Assembly: GCA_964540635.1 (NCBI GenBank)
Contig: CAZINP010000001.1
Span: 9,540 to 73,539, forward strand
Direction: 5' to 3'
DNA from: an uncultured Gammaproteobacteria bacterium
GTDB taxonomy: Bacteria > Patescibacteriota > Patescibacteriia > Buchananbacterales > UBA6539
Length of the DNA: 64,000 bases
Shown here: positions 9,165 through 21,811 of the stretch, in pieces
Layout of the letters: the number at the start of each line of letters is the position of its first letter
Position numbering within the stretch: position 1 is the first letter of the stretch
The notes under the pieces: generated by a model
What the model was told of the DNA's origin: nothing
The model's database searches: none
The model's input: the letters and a program-made list of their open reading frames with translations, nothing else
Translations under genes and position numbers: made by a program

Positions 9165-10274
9165 TTAGGGGGGGAGATTGAGAAACATTTTGCCAAAACG
9201 ATCGTCTGGATATGTGGCTACAAAAGCCAACCTGTCCAGATAATTTTTCAGAATATTCCGGAAAATATCCAGGTCGTCACTGCCTCGCCGGCGTCTTTGC
9301 GACGGCGAAACCGTGTGATTTTGTTCAGCCACGCCGCGGATAATTTCGCGCGCCTCAAAACCTGACTTGCCGATAATTTGCCCGGCTGTTTCCAGTTGTT
9401 GCTCCGGTGGCAAATCTTTCAGCCGAATAGCAGTTGACAAAGAGAGTCTTTTTTCTTCCGGCTTTTCGGGAGAAATCAACTCTTGAACCTCCGGCACGAG
9501 GTCAAGAATTGAAAGATGCATATAAACCCAAGCATCACTTTTGCCATACAGCAACATAATCTGTGCAATGCTCATGCCGTGATGGCGAAGGTCGCGGATA
9601 TTCCAGGCAATTTCCAAATCAGATAACCCAACTCGGTTCTCGTTAGAGGTAACCTGAGCGATAAGCCGGCTGATTTCCGTTGTCGGACACTCCACGACCT
9701 GAATACGATAAGGCAAATTTGCCTGCTGAGTCGCGCGCCAACGGCGCTCGCCGTTTAGAACAACCCACGGATGGTCCTTGTCTTCCCCGTTGGGATTCCG
9801 ATAGGCCTGAGCGGTTTCCTGCTGCTGACAAATCGCGATTGAATGCGATAATTGCCAAAGCAAATTTTGATCGAAAAACTTCCTTGGTTGTTTTTCGTCT
9901 CTGATTGCATCGTTTGGATCGATGTAAATCACATCGTCAACCTTAACCGAGTCCAAATCGCCTTTACCAAAAACCAAAACCTCATCCCACCAACCAGGGC
10001 CACGATTCTTCCGGTCAAAAAGTCGGCGATAGTACTCGTCAATACTCAAGCCGAGCAAATCCTTTTCTTGGGCCACCAGCAAATCAGCGCTTTGGGCCAG
10101 AATCGGAATATTAGAACCCAAAACAGGTTCATCTGTTTTTGACGCCGGCAGATCAGGACCACTGCCTCTTGCTGCGTCTTGCGGCTTGCCATCCTGCCTG
10201 GCCCGCCTTCTTTCCTCTTTTTTTTGCACTCGATCGCGTTTTGCCTGGTTGACCAGGTCTTTCTTTGTTGGCAT
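9165..10274 (-). CDS. ParB/RepB/Spo0J family protein
   Basis: QPRKFFD...L.QL..SI, LNGERRWRA, SNENRVGLSDLEIA, HTH region; AGAGGAG RBS; GC-richer than flanks; no parA adjacent. Confidence 0.85.
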   Translation of the reverse strand: MPTKKDLVNQAKRDRVQKKEERRRARQDGKPQDAARGSGPDLPASKTDEPVLGSNIPILAQSADLLVAQEKDLLGLSIDEYYRRLFDRKNRGPGWWDEVLVFGKGDLDSVKVDDVIYIDPNDAIRDEKQPRKFFDQNLLWQLSHSIAICQQQETAQAYRNPNGEDKDHPWVVLNGERRWRATQQANLPYRIQVVECPTTEISRLIAQVTSNENRVGLSDLEIAWNIRDLRHHGMSIAQIMLLYGKSDAWVYMHLSILDLVPEVQELISPEKPEEKRLSLSTAIRLKDLPPEQQLETAGQIIGKSGFEAREIIRGVAEQNHTVSPSQRRRRGSDDLDIFRNILKNYLDRLAFVATYPDDRFGKMFLNLPP

Positions 10275-10428
10275 TTTCGCTCTCCTCTTGTTCCTAAAAA
10301 ATTCTTGATGGATAATGTAAAAAGAGCGACAAATCTTTGCTTACATTAACACCAAAAAAACAATAATGCAAGCCGCCAAATCACTTGCCATTCAGCGATT
10401 AGCTGATTATAATTAAACTGCAAAATAT

Positions 10429-12387
10429 ATGAGAAAAATCACTGAAATTATTTTGGAGTTTAAATCAAAATTTTCGCCTGAAAGGCTGAAAAACTATGCA
10501 TTTTACCTTGCTCATTATTTTTGGGCGCCAATTTTTTTAACCCTTCTTTTCGTTTGGCAAAACCTGGCCTTTAATAACTGGCTGGGAATTTTTCCGGGAC
10601 AATATCTTATTCGTCGCGGTTTGGTTACTTTTGCCTTAGGCACTGTTCTTTTTGGCCCGGCCGTTTTTTTTAAAAAAACCGTAAGGCACCTGTACCTATT
10701 TTTCGCCTGCGCTTTTGTTTCATCAATTTTCATTTCTGAATTTATTTATTATCAATATTTTGGCGCCTTTCTTCAGGCAAGCGCCATTAAGTATATTGGG
10801 CAGGCAACTACCCAAACGCAAACCATCTCCTCTTTCCTTACTTTTGGTCTTTTATTTTTTTTAATTAATTTTATTTTTTGGGCCATTGATTTATTTTTAT
10901 TTTCAAAATTTAACCAGGAGCATTCTAAATTAAATTTCAAAGAAAAATTATTAACCTTTATTGTCATCTCTCTAATTGTTTATACCGCTTACGGCCATCT
11001 TGTAATGGTTGAGGCAAAAGAATGGGGCCACACTGATTTTTTGTACAAAAAGATTTTTGATTATGATAATTATGTCAGTAAAGTTGGCATTGTAAACTTT
11101 TTCTTGCAAGATACCAGCAAATATATTTTTAAAAAAAACAAAGTAAGCGATTCGGACAAAGAATTTTTAAAAAATTGGCTTTCAAAAAAATCAGAAGATA
11201 GTCGCGCCCAATATTTTGGCGCGGCAAAAAATAAAAACCTGATTATGATTCAGGTTGAATCTTTAGATGGAATTTTGGTAAACACAATAATTAACAACCA
11301 AGAAATTACGCCCAATCTCAATCAACTTGCTGCTAAAGGAATTTACTTTCCCAATTATTATGCTCAATTTGCCTTGGGCACAACCGCTGACGCCGAGTTC
11401 TCAATTCTTAACTCGCTCTATCCTTTGCCTGAAGACGTGGCCTTTGAGAGATACCCAAAGAATTATTACCTTGCTTTGCCAAAAATTTTAAATCTTAACG
11501 GTTATCAAACCTTTTCTTTTCACGGTGACGTTGTTTCCTTTTGGAATCGCGCCAATATTTATCCCAACCTGGGCTTTAGCGCTTGGTTTAGCCGCGACGA
11601 TTTTGTCAGCAACAATCCTTTAGGTGGTGCTTTTGAACTTTCCGATCAAGATTTTTTTGAACAATCAATTATAAAGTTGGAAAATTTACCCAAACCTTTT
11701 GCCGCAATTTTAATGACTTTAAGCTTACACACCCCGTTTACAATTCCTGATGGTCAAAAATCTTTGAATTTGGAAAATGAAGATTATTTAAGCCAAAATC
11801 AAAAAGATTATTTACAAGCCGCCGCTTATACCGATAAAACTTTGGGGGAATTTATCAATTCCCTAAAACAAAATGGACTTTATGATCAATCAATAATTTT
11901 AATTTATGGCGATCATGGCAGTTATACTGATATTGAAAAAGTTATAGGGGAAAAAAATCATGTTCAGGAATCATTTAATAACGCTCGCGTGCCATTGATT
12001 ATTTTAAATTCAGGAATTGAAACAAATATAACAATTCAATCTCCGGCCAGCCATATTGATTTATTTCCAACCCTCATAAATCTTTTGGGCATAAAAACTC
12101 AGATAAAATTTTTGGGGCAAGACATTTTTAACACCAAAGAGCCGACGGTAACCAAGCGAAAAAATATCAGCGGTCAAATTTCCGCAATTCTAGTAGACAA
12201 TGTATTATTTGCCGCTTCTTCAAACGGAGAATTTAAAGACGGCATGTGTTATGACTTAAACGAAAATAAAAACTTGCCAATTGATTTTTGTCAGAAAATT
12301 TATCAGGATCAAAACGATACGATTAATGCTTCTGACATTATTATCAGGGGCAATCTCGCCGAATGGCTCAATGACTCAAAACCATAA
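10429..12387 (+). CDS. LTA synthase family / sulfatase-like membrane protein
   Basis: N-terminal TMs, IMIQVESL, GTTADAEF (Thr nucleophile), FWNR, H.PF, YGDHG. Confidence 0.88.
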   Translation: MRKITEIILEFKSKFSPERLKNYAFYLAHYFWAPIFLTLLFVWQNLAFNNWLGIFPGQYLIRRGLVTFALGTVLFGPAVFFKKTVRHLYLFFACAFVSSIFISEFIYYQYFGAFLQASAIKYIGQATTQTQTISSFLTFGLLFFLINFIFWAIDLFLFSKFNQEHSKLNFKEKLLTFIVISLIVYTAYGHLVMVEAKEWGHTDFLYKKIFDYDNYVSKVGIVNFFLQDTSKYIFKKNKVSDSDKEFLKNWLSKKSEDSRAQYFGAAKNKNLIMIQVESLDGILVNTIINNQEITPNLNQLAAKGIYFPNYYAQFALGTTADAEFSILNSLYPLPEDVAFERYPKNYYLALPKILNLNGYQTFSFHGDVVSFWNRANIYPNLGFSAWFSRDDFVSNNPLGGAFELSDQDFFEQSIIKLENLPKPFAAILMTLSLHTPFTIPDGQKSLNLENEDYLSQNQKDYLQAAAYTDKTLGEFINSLKQNGLYDQSIILIYGDHGSYTDIEKVIGEKNHVQESFNNARVPLIILNSGIETNITIQSPASHIDLFPTLINLLGIKTQIKFLGQDIFNTKEPTVTKRKNISGQISAILVDNVLFAASSNGEFKDGMCYDLNENKNLPIDFCQKIYQDQNDTINASDIIIRGNLAEWLNDSKP

Positions 12388-12405
12388 ATTTGTTATAATT
12401 AATAA

Positions 12406-13377
12406 ATGTTAAATCTAGGAATTTTAATCGGACTTTTAACGCTTTTCTACCTTTTGGGCAAATCGGCTGATTTAGTTATTTCAAATATCAGAATTATTGC
12501 CGAAAAATTAGGGATAAAAATCTTTTTTATCGGCTTATTGCTCGGCGGCTTCACCTCTTTGCCAGAACTGGCCGTAGGCATTAATACGGTCGTTGACGAC
12601 ATCTCCTCAATTTCTTTCGGCAATCTTACCGGCGGGCTAATCGTTCTATTCGGCTTAGTGCTTGGTACCAGCGTTTACCTAAATAAAAAAATTGAATCTA
12701 CGGAAAAAATCAGCAGCCTGATTGTTATTTTTGCCTATTTATTGCTTCCACTGATTCTCGGCTTATTTAATCTTTTGAATATTGTCGGCGGAATAATACT
12801 CTCTGTCCTCTATTTTATTATTATCATCTTTCTTTATCATCAGCAAAAACATCACTTCCTTGAAAATTTTAGGGTTAATTTTGAAAATGGAAAAATCTTA
12901 AAAAATATTTTTTTATTAATCCTTGGCATTGTTTTGATCGTCGGTTTTTCAAACCTGATTGTCAGACTAACTGAATCAATTTTGGTTCAATGGGAAATCT
13001 CGCCATTTATTATCGGTTTGATTATTTTTTCAATTGGCACTAATCTGCCGGAAATTGTAGTAATGATCAAATCTTACCGGAAAAAAATCAGCGATTTATC
13101 TTTAAGCAACTTGATCGGTTCGGGTCTAGCCAATGTCTTAATCGTCGGTTTTCTGATTATCATCAAACCTTTAGAAATAAACATTACTCCGGCATATTTG
13201 ACTCTTCTATTTTTCTCGGCAATTACTTATATCTTGGTGATAATATTTTACAAATCAGGCAAATCGCTTGACTACCAAGAAGGATTTATCTTGATTTTAA
13301 CTTATTTGCTTTTTTTGGTCTTGCAAGGATACTTCCTTTTCTTACCCCTGCCTTTTACTTTTAACTATATTAATTAA
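12406..13377 (+). CDS. Sodium:calcium antiporter (CaCA family)
   Basis: Alpha repeats TSLPEL and GTNLPEI, about 10 TM. Confidence 0.88.
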   Translation: MLNLGILIGLLTLFYLLGKSADLVISNIRIIAEKLGIKIFFIGLLLGGFTSLPELAVGINTVVDDISSISFGNLTGGLIVLFGLVLGTSVYLNKKIESTEKISSLIVIFAYLLLPLILGLFNLLNIVGGIILSVLYFIIIIFLYHQQKHHFLENFRVNFENGKILKNIFLLILGIVLIVGFSNLIVRLTESILVQWEISPFIIGLIIFSIGTNLPEIVVMIKSYRKKISDLSLSNLIGSGLANVLIVGFLIIIKPLEINITPAYLTLLFFSAITYILVIIFYKSGKSLDYQEGFILILTYLLFLVLQGYFLFLPLPFTFNYIN

Positions 13378-13379
13378 GT

Positions 13380-14339
13380 ATGTTTCTATCTCTACTGCTG
13401 ATTGCCGTCGGACTTGGCATCCTGGTCTATTCAGCCGATTTCCTGGTTCGCGGCTCATCTTCGGTTGCCCAAAAATTTGGCCTCTCGCCACTTTTTATCG
13501 GCTTAACCATCGTGGCCTTCGGCACATCTTTACCGGAATTAATCGTTAACATTTTTGCCAGTATAAAAGGCAGTGCCGATATAGCGGTTGGCAATGTTAT
13601 TGGTTCAAATATCAGTAACATCCTTTTAATCTTGGGCTGCTCGGCTTTTATTTTTCCACTCAAGGTCAAACACACCACCATTAGCAAAGAGATTCCCTTT
13701 GCTCTCTTAGCGGTTGTGGCGGTTTTTATTTTAGCCAACGATTATTTAATTGACGGCTTTGGCAAATCTTTTATCAGTCGCGGCGACGGCTTGATTTTAA
13801 TCGGTTTCTTCGCAATTTTTCTTTATTACACTATCGGCATCAGCCAAGAAGAAGAAAATAAAGAAGCCGATCCGATTAAAACTTACGGTTTATTTTTATC
13901 GCTTATCATGATTCTGGGAGGTATAATCGGTCTGGTCATTGGCGGCAATCTATTAGTTGATAATGCCATAACCATTGCCAAAATTTTTGGCGTATCAGAA
14001 GCCCTAATCGGCTTAACGGTTGTGGCCGTTGGCACTTCACTGCCGGAGCTAGCCACCTCCGTAGTTGCGGCTTGGAGAAAAAACAGCGACATTGCCATTG
14101 GCAACGTCGTTGGTTCAAATATTTTTAATATTTTCTGGATCCTTGGGCTGAGCTCAACGATTAATCCAATAAACTTTAGCGCTTCAATGAATTTTGATAT
14201 TGGCGTTTGTTTTCTGGCGACTCTAATTCTAATTCCTTTTATGTTTGTCGGAAAAAGAAATATACTTGAGCGCTGGCAGGGTTTAATATTAATTTTATTA
14301 TATATTTCTTACACTGCCTACTTAATATATCGCGGATAA
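13380..14339 (+). CDS. Calcium/sodium antiporter, YrbG-like
   Basis: Two GTSLPEL...GNV.GSNI.N alpha repeats. Confidence 0.92.
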   Translation: MFLSLLLIAVGLGILVYSADFLVRGSSSVAQKFGLSPLFIGLTIVAFGTSLPELIVNIFASIKGSADIAVGNVIGSNISNILLILGCSAFIFPLKVKHTTISKEIPFALLAVVAVFILANDYLIDGFGKSFISRGDGLILIGFFAIFLYYTIGISQEEENKEADPIKTYGLFLSLIMILGGIIGLVIGGNLLVDNAITIAKIFGVSEALIGLTVVAVGTSLPELATSVVAAWRKNSDIAIGNVVGSNIFNIFWILGLSSTINPINFSASMNFDIGVCFLATLILIPFMFVGKRNILERWQGLILILLYISYTAYLIYRG

Positions 14340-14346
14340 AATTAGT

Positions 14347-14386
14347 AAATAAAAAACACGCTTAATTTAAGCGTGTTTTTTATTTT
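14347..14386. terminator. Bidirectional terminator
   Basis: aaataaaaaacacgcttaa-t-ttaagcgtgttttttattt. Confidence 0.88.
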
Positions 14387-14388
14387 AT

Positions 14389-15018
14389 TTAAATCTCTGA
14401 TTTGTCTTTTGTTCTGGGTATAAATACAATTGAGGGGGCGCTTAAAAGAGACGTTGATAGTTTTACCAAAATGTTAACCAAAATTATTTGGAAAACCACA
14501 TTGATTGGAACTGCGCCCAAAAAGGCTAAAAAACTAAAAATAAAGCTGTCAAAAATTATACTGATGAAATTGGAAACTAAGGCCGCCAACCAATCATTAA
14601 ATCTCCTATAAACATAACTGAATACCTCTGTATCAATTAACTCTGAAATTATCTGTGCAATTACGCTGGCAAAAACAATTCTTGATACCGGCAATAAAAT
14701 TGCCTCATAAGCGCTTTGATAAGCCCAGCTGGGATCAGCCGGGATTTTGCCCACCACCCAAAACAAACCAATCATTATTAAATTAAGAAGACCGGCAATA
14801 ATCACCAGCTGTCTGGCGCTTTCTTTTCCCCAAGTCTTATGAACAAAATCGCGCAAGGTAAAAGTTAGGGGGTAAATAATTGTGCCACCGTCAACCGATA
14901 ATTTTAAAATCGGCAAAAAAACAATTTTTGTCGACAAGATATTGGCAAATAATTGAAATGATAAATAAAGCGAACTGCTCAGCAAACCGATGTTAATTTT
15001 ACTCATAATTTTGTTCAT
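14389..15018 (-). CDS. Queuosine precursor transporter (YhhQ/VUT family)
   Basis: ANILSTK, GGTIIYP.TF.L.D, G...AR, RI.FAS..A..ISEL.D, SN.IS...DS.IF..LAF. Confidence 0.88.
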   Translation of the reverse strand: MNKIMSKINIGLLSSSLYLSFQLFANILSTKIVFLPILKLSVDGGTIIYPLTFTLRDFVHKTWGKESARQLVIIAGLLNLIMIGLFWVVGKIPADPSWAYQSAYEAILLPVSRIVFASVIAQIISELIDTEVFSYVYRRFNDWLAALVSNFISIIFDSFIFSFLAFLGAVPINVVFQIILVNILVKLSTSLLSAPSIVFIPRTKDKSEI

Positions 15019-15104
15019 CTAAAAAATCTATCATAAAACATAAAATAAATAAAGACCAAATCTTTTCTTTAAAAAATAACCAAATTTTGTTAAAATATGT
15101 GTAT

Positions 15105-17540
15105 ATGCAAAACTTTGGATTAACTTCAGCCCAAGCGCTGGAAAAACAAAAAAAATACGGTTTTAATCAACTCCCGGAGAAAGGTGGCCGGCCAAGCTGG
15201 GCGATATTTTTTGCTCAGTTCAAAAGTCCCATAATCTATATCTTGTTGGTTGTTACTTTTCTATCAATGGTTTTCGGGGAAATAACCGATGCCGGGTTGA
15301 TTGCCATTTTGATTGTCATTAACGTGCTTATGGGTTTTTATCAGGAAAACAAAGCCGAAAAAACCATGGCCAGTTTGAAAAAAATTATTCGGCCGATTTC
15401 CACTGTTTTAAGAGACGGCCAGATCATTAAAATTGAATCAAAAGAACTTGTTCCCGGCGACGTGGTTATTTTAAGCCAAGGCGATAAAATTCCGGCTGAC
15501 GGAAAATTAATCTTAGGTAGCAGCATCTCTGTCAATGAATCAATGTTGACCGGCGAAAATGAAGCGGTCATTAAAACAGTTGAGGATCACAATGATCTTT
15601 TATTCATGGGCACGGCCATTGTTACCGGGCGCGGTCAAATGCTGGTGGAAAAAATTGGCCAAGACACTGAAATTGGAAAAATTGGCAAAAGTTTATCCGA
15701 AATCAAAGAAGATAAAACACCACTACAAAAAAAATTATCAAGTTTTTCTAAAACCTTAACCTTATTTATTATCTTCTTAAGTTTAATTATATTTATCATC
15801 GGACTTTTGGCCAAACAAGAGATTTGGGAGATGATAAGATTTTCGGTTGTCCTTGCAGTTTCAGCCATCCCGGAAGCTCTGCCAATTGGCGTAACCGTAA
15901 TTTTAACCTTGGGCATGTCAAGAATCTTGAAAAAGAAAGGTTTAGTCAGAAAATTAATTTCAATTGAAACGCTGGGTTCAACCTCGGTAATCTGCACGGA
16001 CAAAACCGGCACCCTAACCGAAGGCATAATGAAAGTAGAAAAATTTGAATTTGCCCACGAAGAAGAAGCAATAAAAACTTTGCTAATTGCCAATATTCCA
16101 AAAAGCGGTCTTGAAGTTGCCCTGTGGGAATTTGCAAAAAAAGAGGGTAAAAACAAATACGATAAAGAAATTGCCTCGGCCAAGCGCGTTTATGAAAACC
16201 CTTTTGATAGTGAAAAAAAATATTCCCTTAACGTAATTGAGGCTAACAAAAAACAAACTGGTTATATTATTGGGGCACCAGAGATTGTAATTAATTTTTG
16301 CAAAACAAATGAAGAAACAGAATCATCGGTTTTATCCAATCTTGAAAAATGGACCACGCAAGGACTGCGCGTTGTGGGCTTGGCCACAAAGAAGTCCGGT
16401 GATTTAGAAAATCCGAACGATTACCAATGGGCCGGTTTAATCGGTGTCGTTGATCCAATCAGAAAAGAGGTTAAAGAAGCAATTGATATGGCCGCTGAAG
16501 CCGGAATCAAAGTTAAAATTATTACCGGCGATTACCTTAAAACCGCCCAAAAAGTCGCTACTCTATTAGGCTTAAATGCCAAAGACGATTATTGCATGGA
16601 GGGTCGCGACCTTGAATCGATTTCTGAAGCCGAGTTGGCAAAAAGAATCGATAAAATTACGATTTTTGCCCGCGTCACTCCTCATCAAAAACTAAAAATT
16701 GTTAATGCCCTGCAAAGTCGAGGCGAAGTTGTAGCCATGACCGGAGATGGTATAAATGACGCTCCGGCTCTTAAGAAAGCAAATATCGGCGTAGCGGTTG
16801 GCAATGCCACCGACGTTGCCAAAGAAGCCAGTGATTTGGTTTTATTGGACAGTAATTTCAAAACCATTATGGCAGCCTGCGCCGAAGGACGTTTGATTTT
16901 TTCCAACATCAAAAAAGTCGTTGGCTATATGATTTCAAATTCATTTGCCAACATTATTCTAATTCTTGGCACCGTCATCTTCAATCTACCGTATCCGGTT
17001 ACCATAGTTCAAATTCTTTGGATTCAATTAATTTGCGACGGCCCGCCGGATTTGCTTTTAGCCTTTGAACCAAAAGAGGAGGGTTTAATGAAAGAAGATC
17101 CGAAAAAGTTTATTGGTGAAGAAATTTTGAATCAGTGGATGAAAATGATTATTGCCCTAATCAGCACCAGCGTCGGTATAATCAGTTTTATTCTTTTTGT
17201 CTATCTATACAAGACAACTAACGACCTAGAGATGGCCAGAACGGTTGTATTTTTAACTCTCGGCAGCGTTAGCATTATTTACGTAATCTCATTTAAGAAT
17301 TTAACTCATTCCATATTTACCAGCCGCAACCTTTTTAAGAATATTTACTTATATTTGGGTATAATTTACGGCTTTGCCCTTTTGGCGATAGCCGTGTATG
17401 TTCCCTGGGCAAGAAACTTGCTTCAACTTAAAATACCGGAACCAAAATTGCTTTTACTTATCGGCTTAATAGGCTTGTTTATTACCATGATGGTCGAGTT
17501 CGCCAAAGTCTTTAATCATATATCCAAAAAAAGATCATAA
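15105..17540 (+). CDS. Cation-transporting P-type ATPase (P2, Ca2+-ATPase-like)
   Basis: ESMLTGE, IPEAL, DKTGTLT, TGD, MTGDGINDAPALK; ATG 15105 follows a TAAAAT -10. Confidence 0.93.
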   Translation: MQNFGLTSAQALEKQKKYGFNQLPEKGGRPSWAIFFAQFKSPIIYILLVVTFLSMVFGEITDAGLIAILIVINVLMGFYQENKAEKTMASLKKIIRPISTVLRDGQIIKIESKELVPGDVVILSQGDKIPADGKLILGSSISVNESMLTGENEAVIKTVEDHNDLLFMGTAIVTGRGQMLVEKIGQDTEIGKIGKSLSEIKEDKTPLQKKLSSFSKTLTLFIIFLSLIIFIIGLLAKQEIWEMIRFSVVLAVSAIPEALPIGVTVILTLGMSRILKKKGLVRKLISIETLGSTSVICTDKTGTLTEGIMKVEKFEFAHEEEAIKTLLIANIPKSGLEVALWEFAKKEGKNKYDKEIASAKRVYENPFDSEKKYSLNVIEANKKQTGYIIGAPEIVINFCKTNEETESSVLSNLEKWTTQGLRVVGLATKKSGDLENPNDYQWAGLIGVVDPIRKEVKEAIDMAAEAGIKVKIITGDYLKTAQKVATLLGLNAKDDYCMEGRDLESISEAELAKRIDKITIFARVTPHQKLKIVNALQSRGEVVAMTGDGINDAPALKKANIGVAVGNATDVAKEASDLVLLDSNFKTIMAACAEGRLIFSNIKKVVGYMISNSFANIILILGTVIFNLPYPVTIVQILWIQLICDGPPDLLLAFEPKEEGLMKEDPKKFIGEEILNQWMKMIIALISTSVGIISFILFVYLYKTTNDLEMARTVVFLTLGSVSIIYVISFKNLTHSIFTSRNLFKNIYLYLGIIYGFALLAIAVYVPWARNLLQLKIPEPKLLLLIGLIGLFITMMVEFAKVFNHISKKRS

Positions 17541-17580
17541 AATAAAAAAAGCCCCCGAGCTCGGGGGCTTTTTTTATTTT
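17539..17580. terminator. Bidirectional terminator, perfect 42-bp palindrome
   Basis: aaaataaaaaaagcccccgag|ctcgggggctttttttatttt. Confidence 0.9.
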
Positions 17581-18165
17581 CTAAATCCCGGCAAAATACA
17601 TGCTTAGAATTGTAAAAAATATTGAGACGACAAAAATACCGGAAATAGATGCGCTCAAAAAACTGTTATCTGGCATTTGAGCAAAAATTAAAAGAAAAAA
17701 CACACCACAAACTTGCATAAACATTTTAACCTTGCCGTAAACATTTGCTTTCATTCTAATTTTTGGATTCTTCCATTTTAAGTAAAAGGCAGCGGCAATC
17801 GTCGTAAATTCAAGCGCTAAAATGGCAATGATTAAAAATAAATGTAAATAACGATAAATCAAAATCAACCCAACTGAACCGATTAATAATTTGTCGGCCA
17901 CCGGATCAAACAGCTCACCCCATTCCGTAATTTGTTTTCTTGTGCGTGCCATTGTGCCGTCAATCGCATCAGTTAAAGCGGCAATAACAAATAAGGCGGC
18001 GGCAATGTCATAATTTCGTGTGAAAACCAACCAAATAACCGGCGGCACTAAAATAAACCTAACGATTGTTACGTGATTAGGTTTAACCCACTCCGGTATG
18101 GCCCACAAAAAAAGTCTCTTTACAATAAAATCATGCGGATGATGTTTTATTTCGTTTTCTTGCAT
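17581..18165 (-). CDS. CDP-alcohol phosphatidyltransferase (PgsA-like)
   Basis: PN.VT..R; DAIDGTMAR.....TEWG.LFDPVADK signature. Confidence 0.92.
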   Translation of the reverse strand: MQENEIKHHPHDFIVKRLFLWAIPEWVKPNHVTIVRFILVPPVIWLVFTRNYDIAAALFVIAALTDAIDGTMARTRKQITEWGELFDPVADKLLIGSVGLILIYRYLHLFLIIAILALEFTTIAAAFYLKWKNPKIRMKANVYGKVKMFMQVCGVFFLLIFAQMPDNSFLSASISGIFVVSIFFTILSMYFAGI

Positions 18166-18326
18166 ATATAAATAATAACACCAAATACTTTTTTAAAAAA
18201 GTAAAAAATAATTAATCTTTAACGCAAAAATCGTTAATATTAATAATAATGTAGCTGACTCAAAAGATAAAAAAGTTAAATCTCATAAAAAATATGTAAA
18301 TTTAGCCAAATTTGAAATTTATACCC

Positions 18327-18354
18327 TTGACAGTTTCATTATTTTCTCTATACT
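18327..18354 (+). promoter_or_regulatory. Sigma70 promoter of the V/A-ATPase operon
   Basis: TTGACA-16 nt-TATACT. Confidence 0.6.
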
Positions 18355-18432
18355 AAATTCATACTTTTCTGCATATAAATTTATCTAATTTAAGCAAAAT
18401 TTTGAATAAATTAATTATCTTTTTTTTATTTT

Positions 18433-18744
18433 ATGACAGATAGCGCTATTGCAAAAATCAAAAAAACTGAATCAGAAGCAGCCGCTTCCCTTGAAAATGC
18501 CAAGGCCGAGGTTGATAGTTTGGTTCAAAAAACCACAAAAGAATTTGAGCAAAATCTCTCTGAAGCCGAAAATTTAGCTTCCCCGGAAATCGGCACAATT
18601 TTAACTGAGGCCCAAAAGAGTTTACAGGGGCTTAAGATAAAACACGATGCAACATTGGCAAAAGAATTGGAAAAAATTAAGTCAGTAAGCTCACAAAAAA
18701 TTAAAGCAGCAGCCGAGACGATCGTCAAAGCTATCTTAAAATAA
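18433..18744 (+). CDS. V/A-type ATPase subunit G/H (peripheral stalk)
   Basis: Helical 103 aa, IK..E.EA pattern, first gene of the operon. Confidence 0.75.
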   Translation: MTDSAIAKIKKTESEAAASLENAKAEVDSLVQKTTKEFEQNLSEAENLASPEIGTILTEAQKSLQGLKIKHDATLAKELEKIKSVSSQKIKAAAETIVKAILK

Positions 18745-18746
18745 AT

Positions 18747-21225
<2,479 letters not shown>

Positions 21226-21235
21226 AAATAAAACT

Positions 21236-21796
21236 ATGCCACTTGCAGATATAAACAAAGCAATAATGGCCGAGGCCGAAGAACAAATTCGCGCCATAAA
21301 AGCCGAAGGTGAAAAAAAATTGGAAGCGCTCAAGGCTGAATGGACAGAAAAGATTGCCAAACGTAAAACCGAAATTATTGCCGGTGCCCAGAGAAAAGCC
21401 AACCAAAAAATTCAGCAAATGCAATTTAAACTGCAAGCTCAATTTCAAGCCGAAACCTTAAAAGCTAAAAACGAGATTATAAATAAAGCTTACGAGCAGG
21501 CCAAAAAAACCTTAGGTGAGCTTTCCGAAAAAGAATACGAGGATTTTATGGTTAAATTGATTAAAAAAATCAATGTAACAGAAGGTGAATTAATCTCGGT
21601 GCAAGGCAAAGAAAAAATCCTCAGAAAAGCTTTGCAAAAATCTGAAAAGAAATTTACTATTTCAGAAAAAACAACAAAGGATATCGGCGGCTTTATCTTC
21701 CAATCAAATAAATTGGAAATTGACAACACTTTCTCGCGACTAATCTCTGATTTGCGAGAACAAACCGTTCTTGAAGTAACAAAAATTTTATTTTAA
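21236..21796 (+). CDS. ntpE: V/A-type ATPase subunit E
   Basis: Coiled-coil N-terminus, IGGFI...IDNTF...L..LF; operon position. Confidence 0.88.
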   Translation: MPLADINKAIMAEAEEQIRAIKAEGEKKLEALKAEWTEKIAKRKTEIIAGAQRKANQKIQQMQFKLQAQFQAETLKAKNEIINKAYEQAKKTLGELSEKEYEDFMVKLIKKINVTEGELISVQGKEKILRKALQKSEKKFTISEKTTKDIGGFIFQSNKLEIDNTFSRLISDLREQTVLEVTKILF

Positions 21797-21811
21797 CATC
21801 TTTTAATACCT

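Noticed and set aside
14389-15105. preQ1 riboswitch upstream of the YhhQ gene
   Set aside because: The short AT-rich intergenic region lacks a recognisable preQ1 stem-loop and pseudoknot motif
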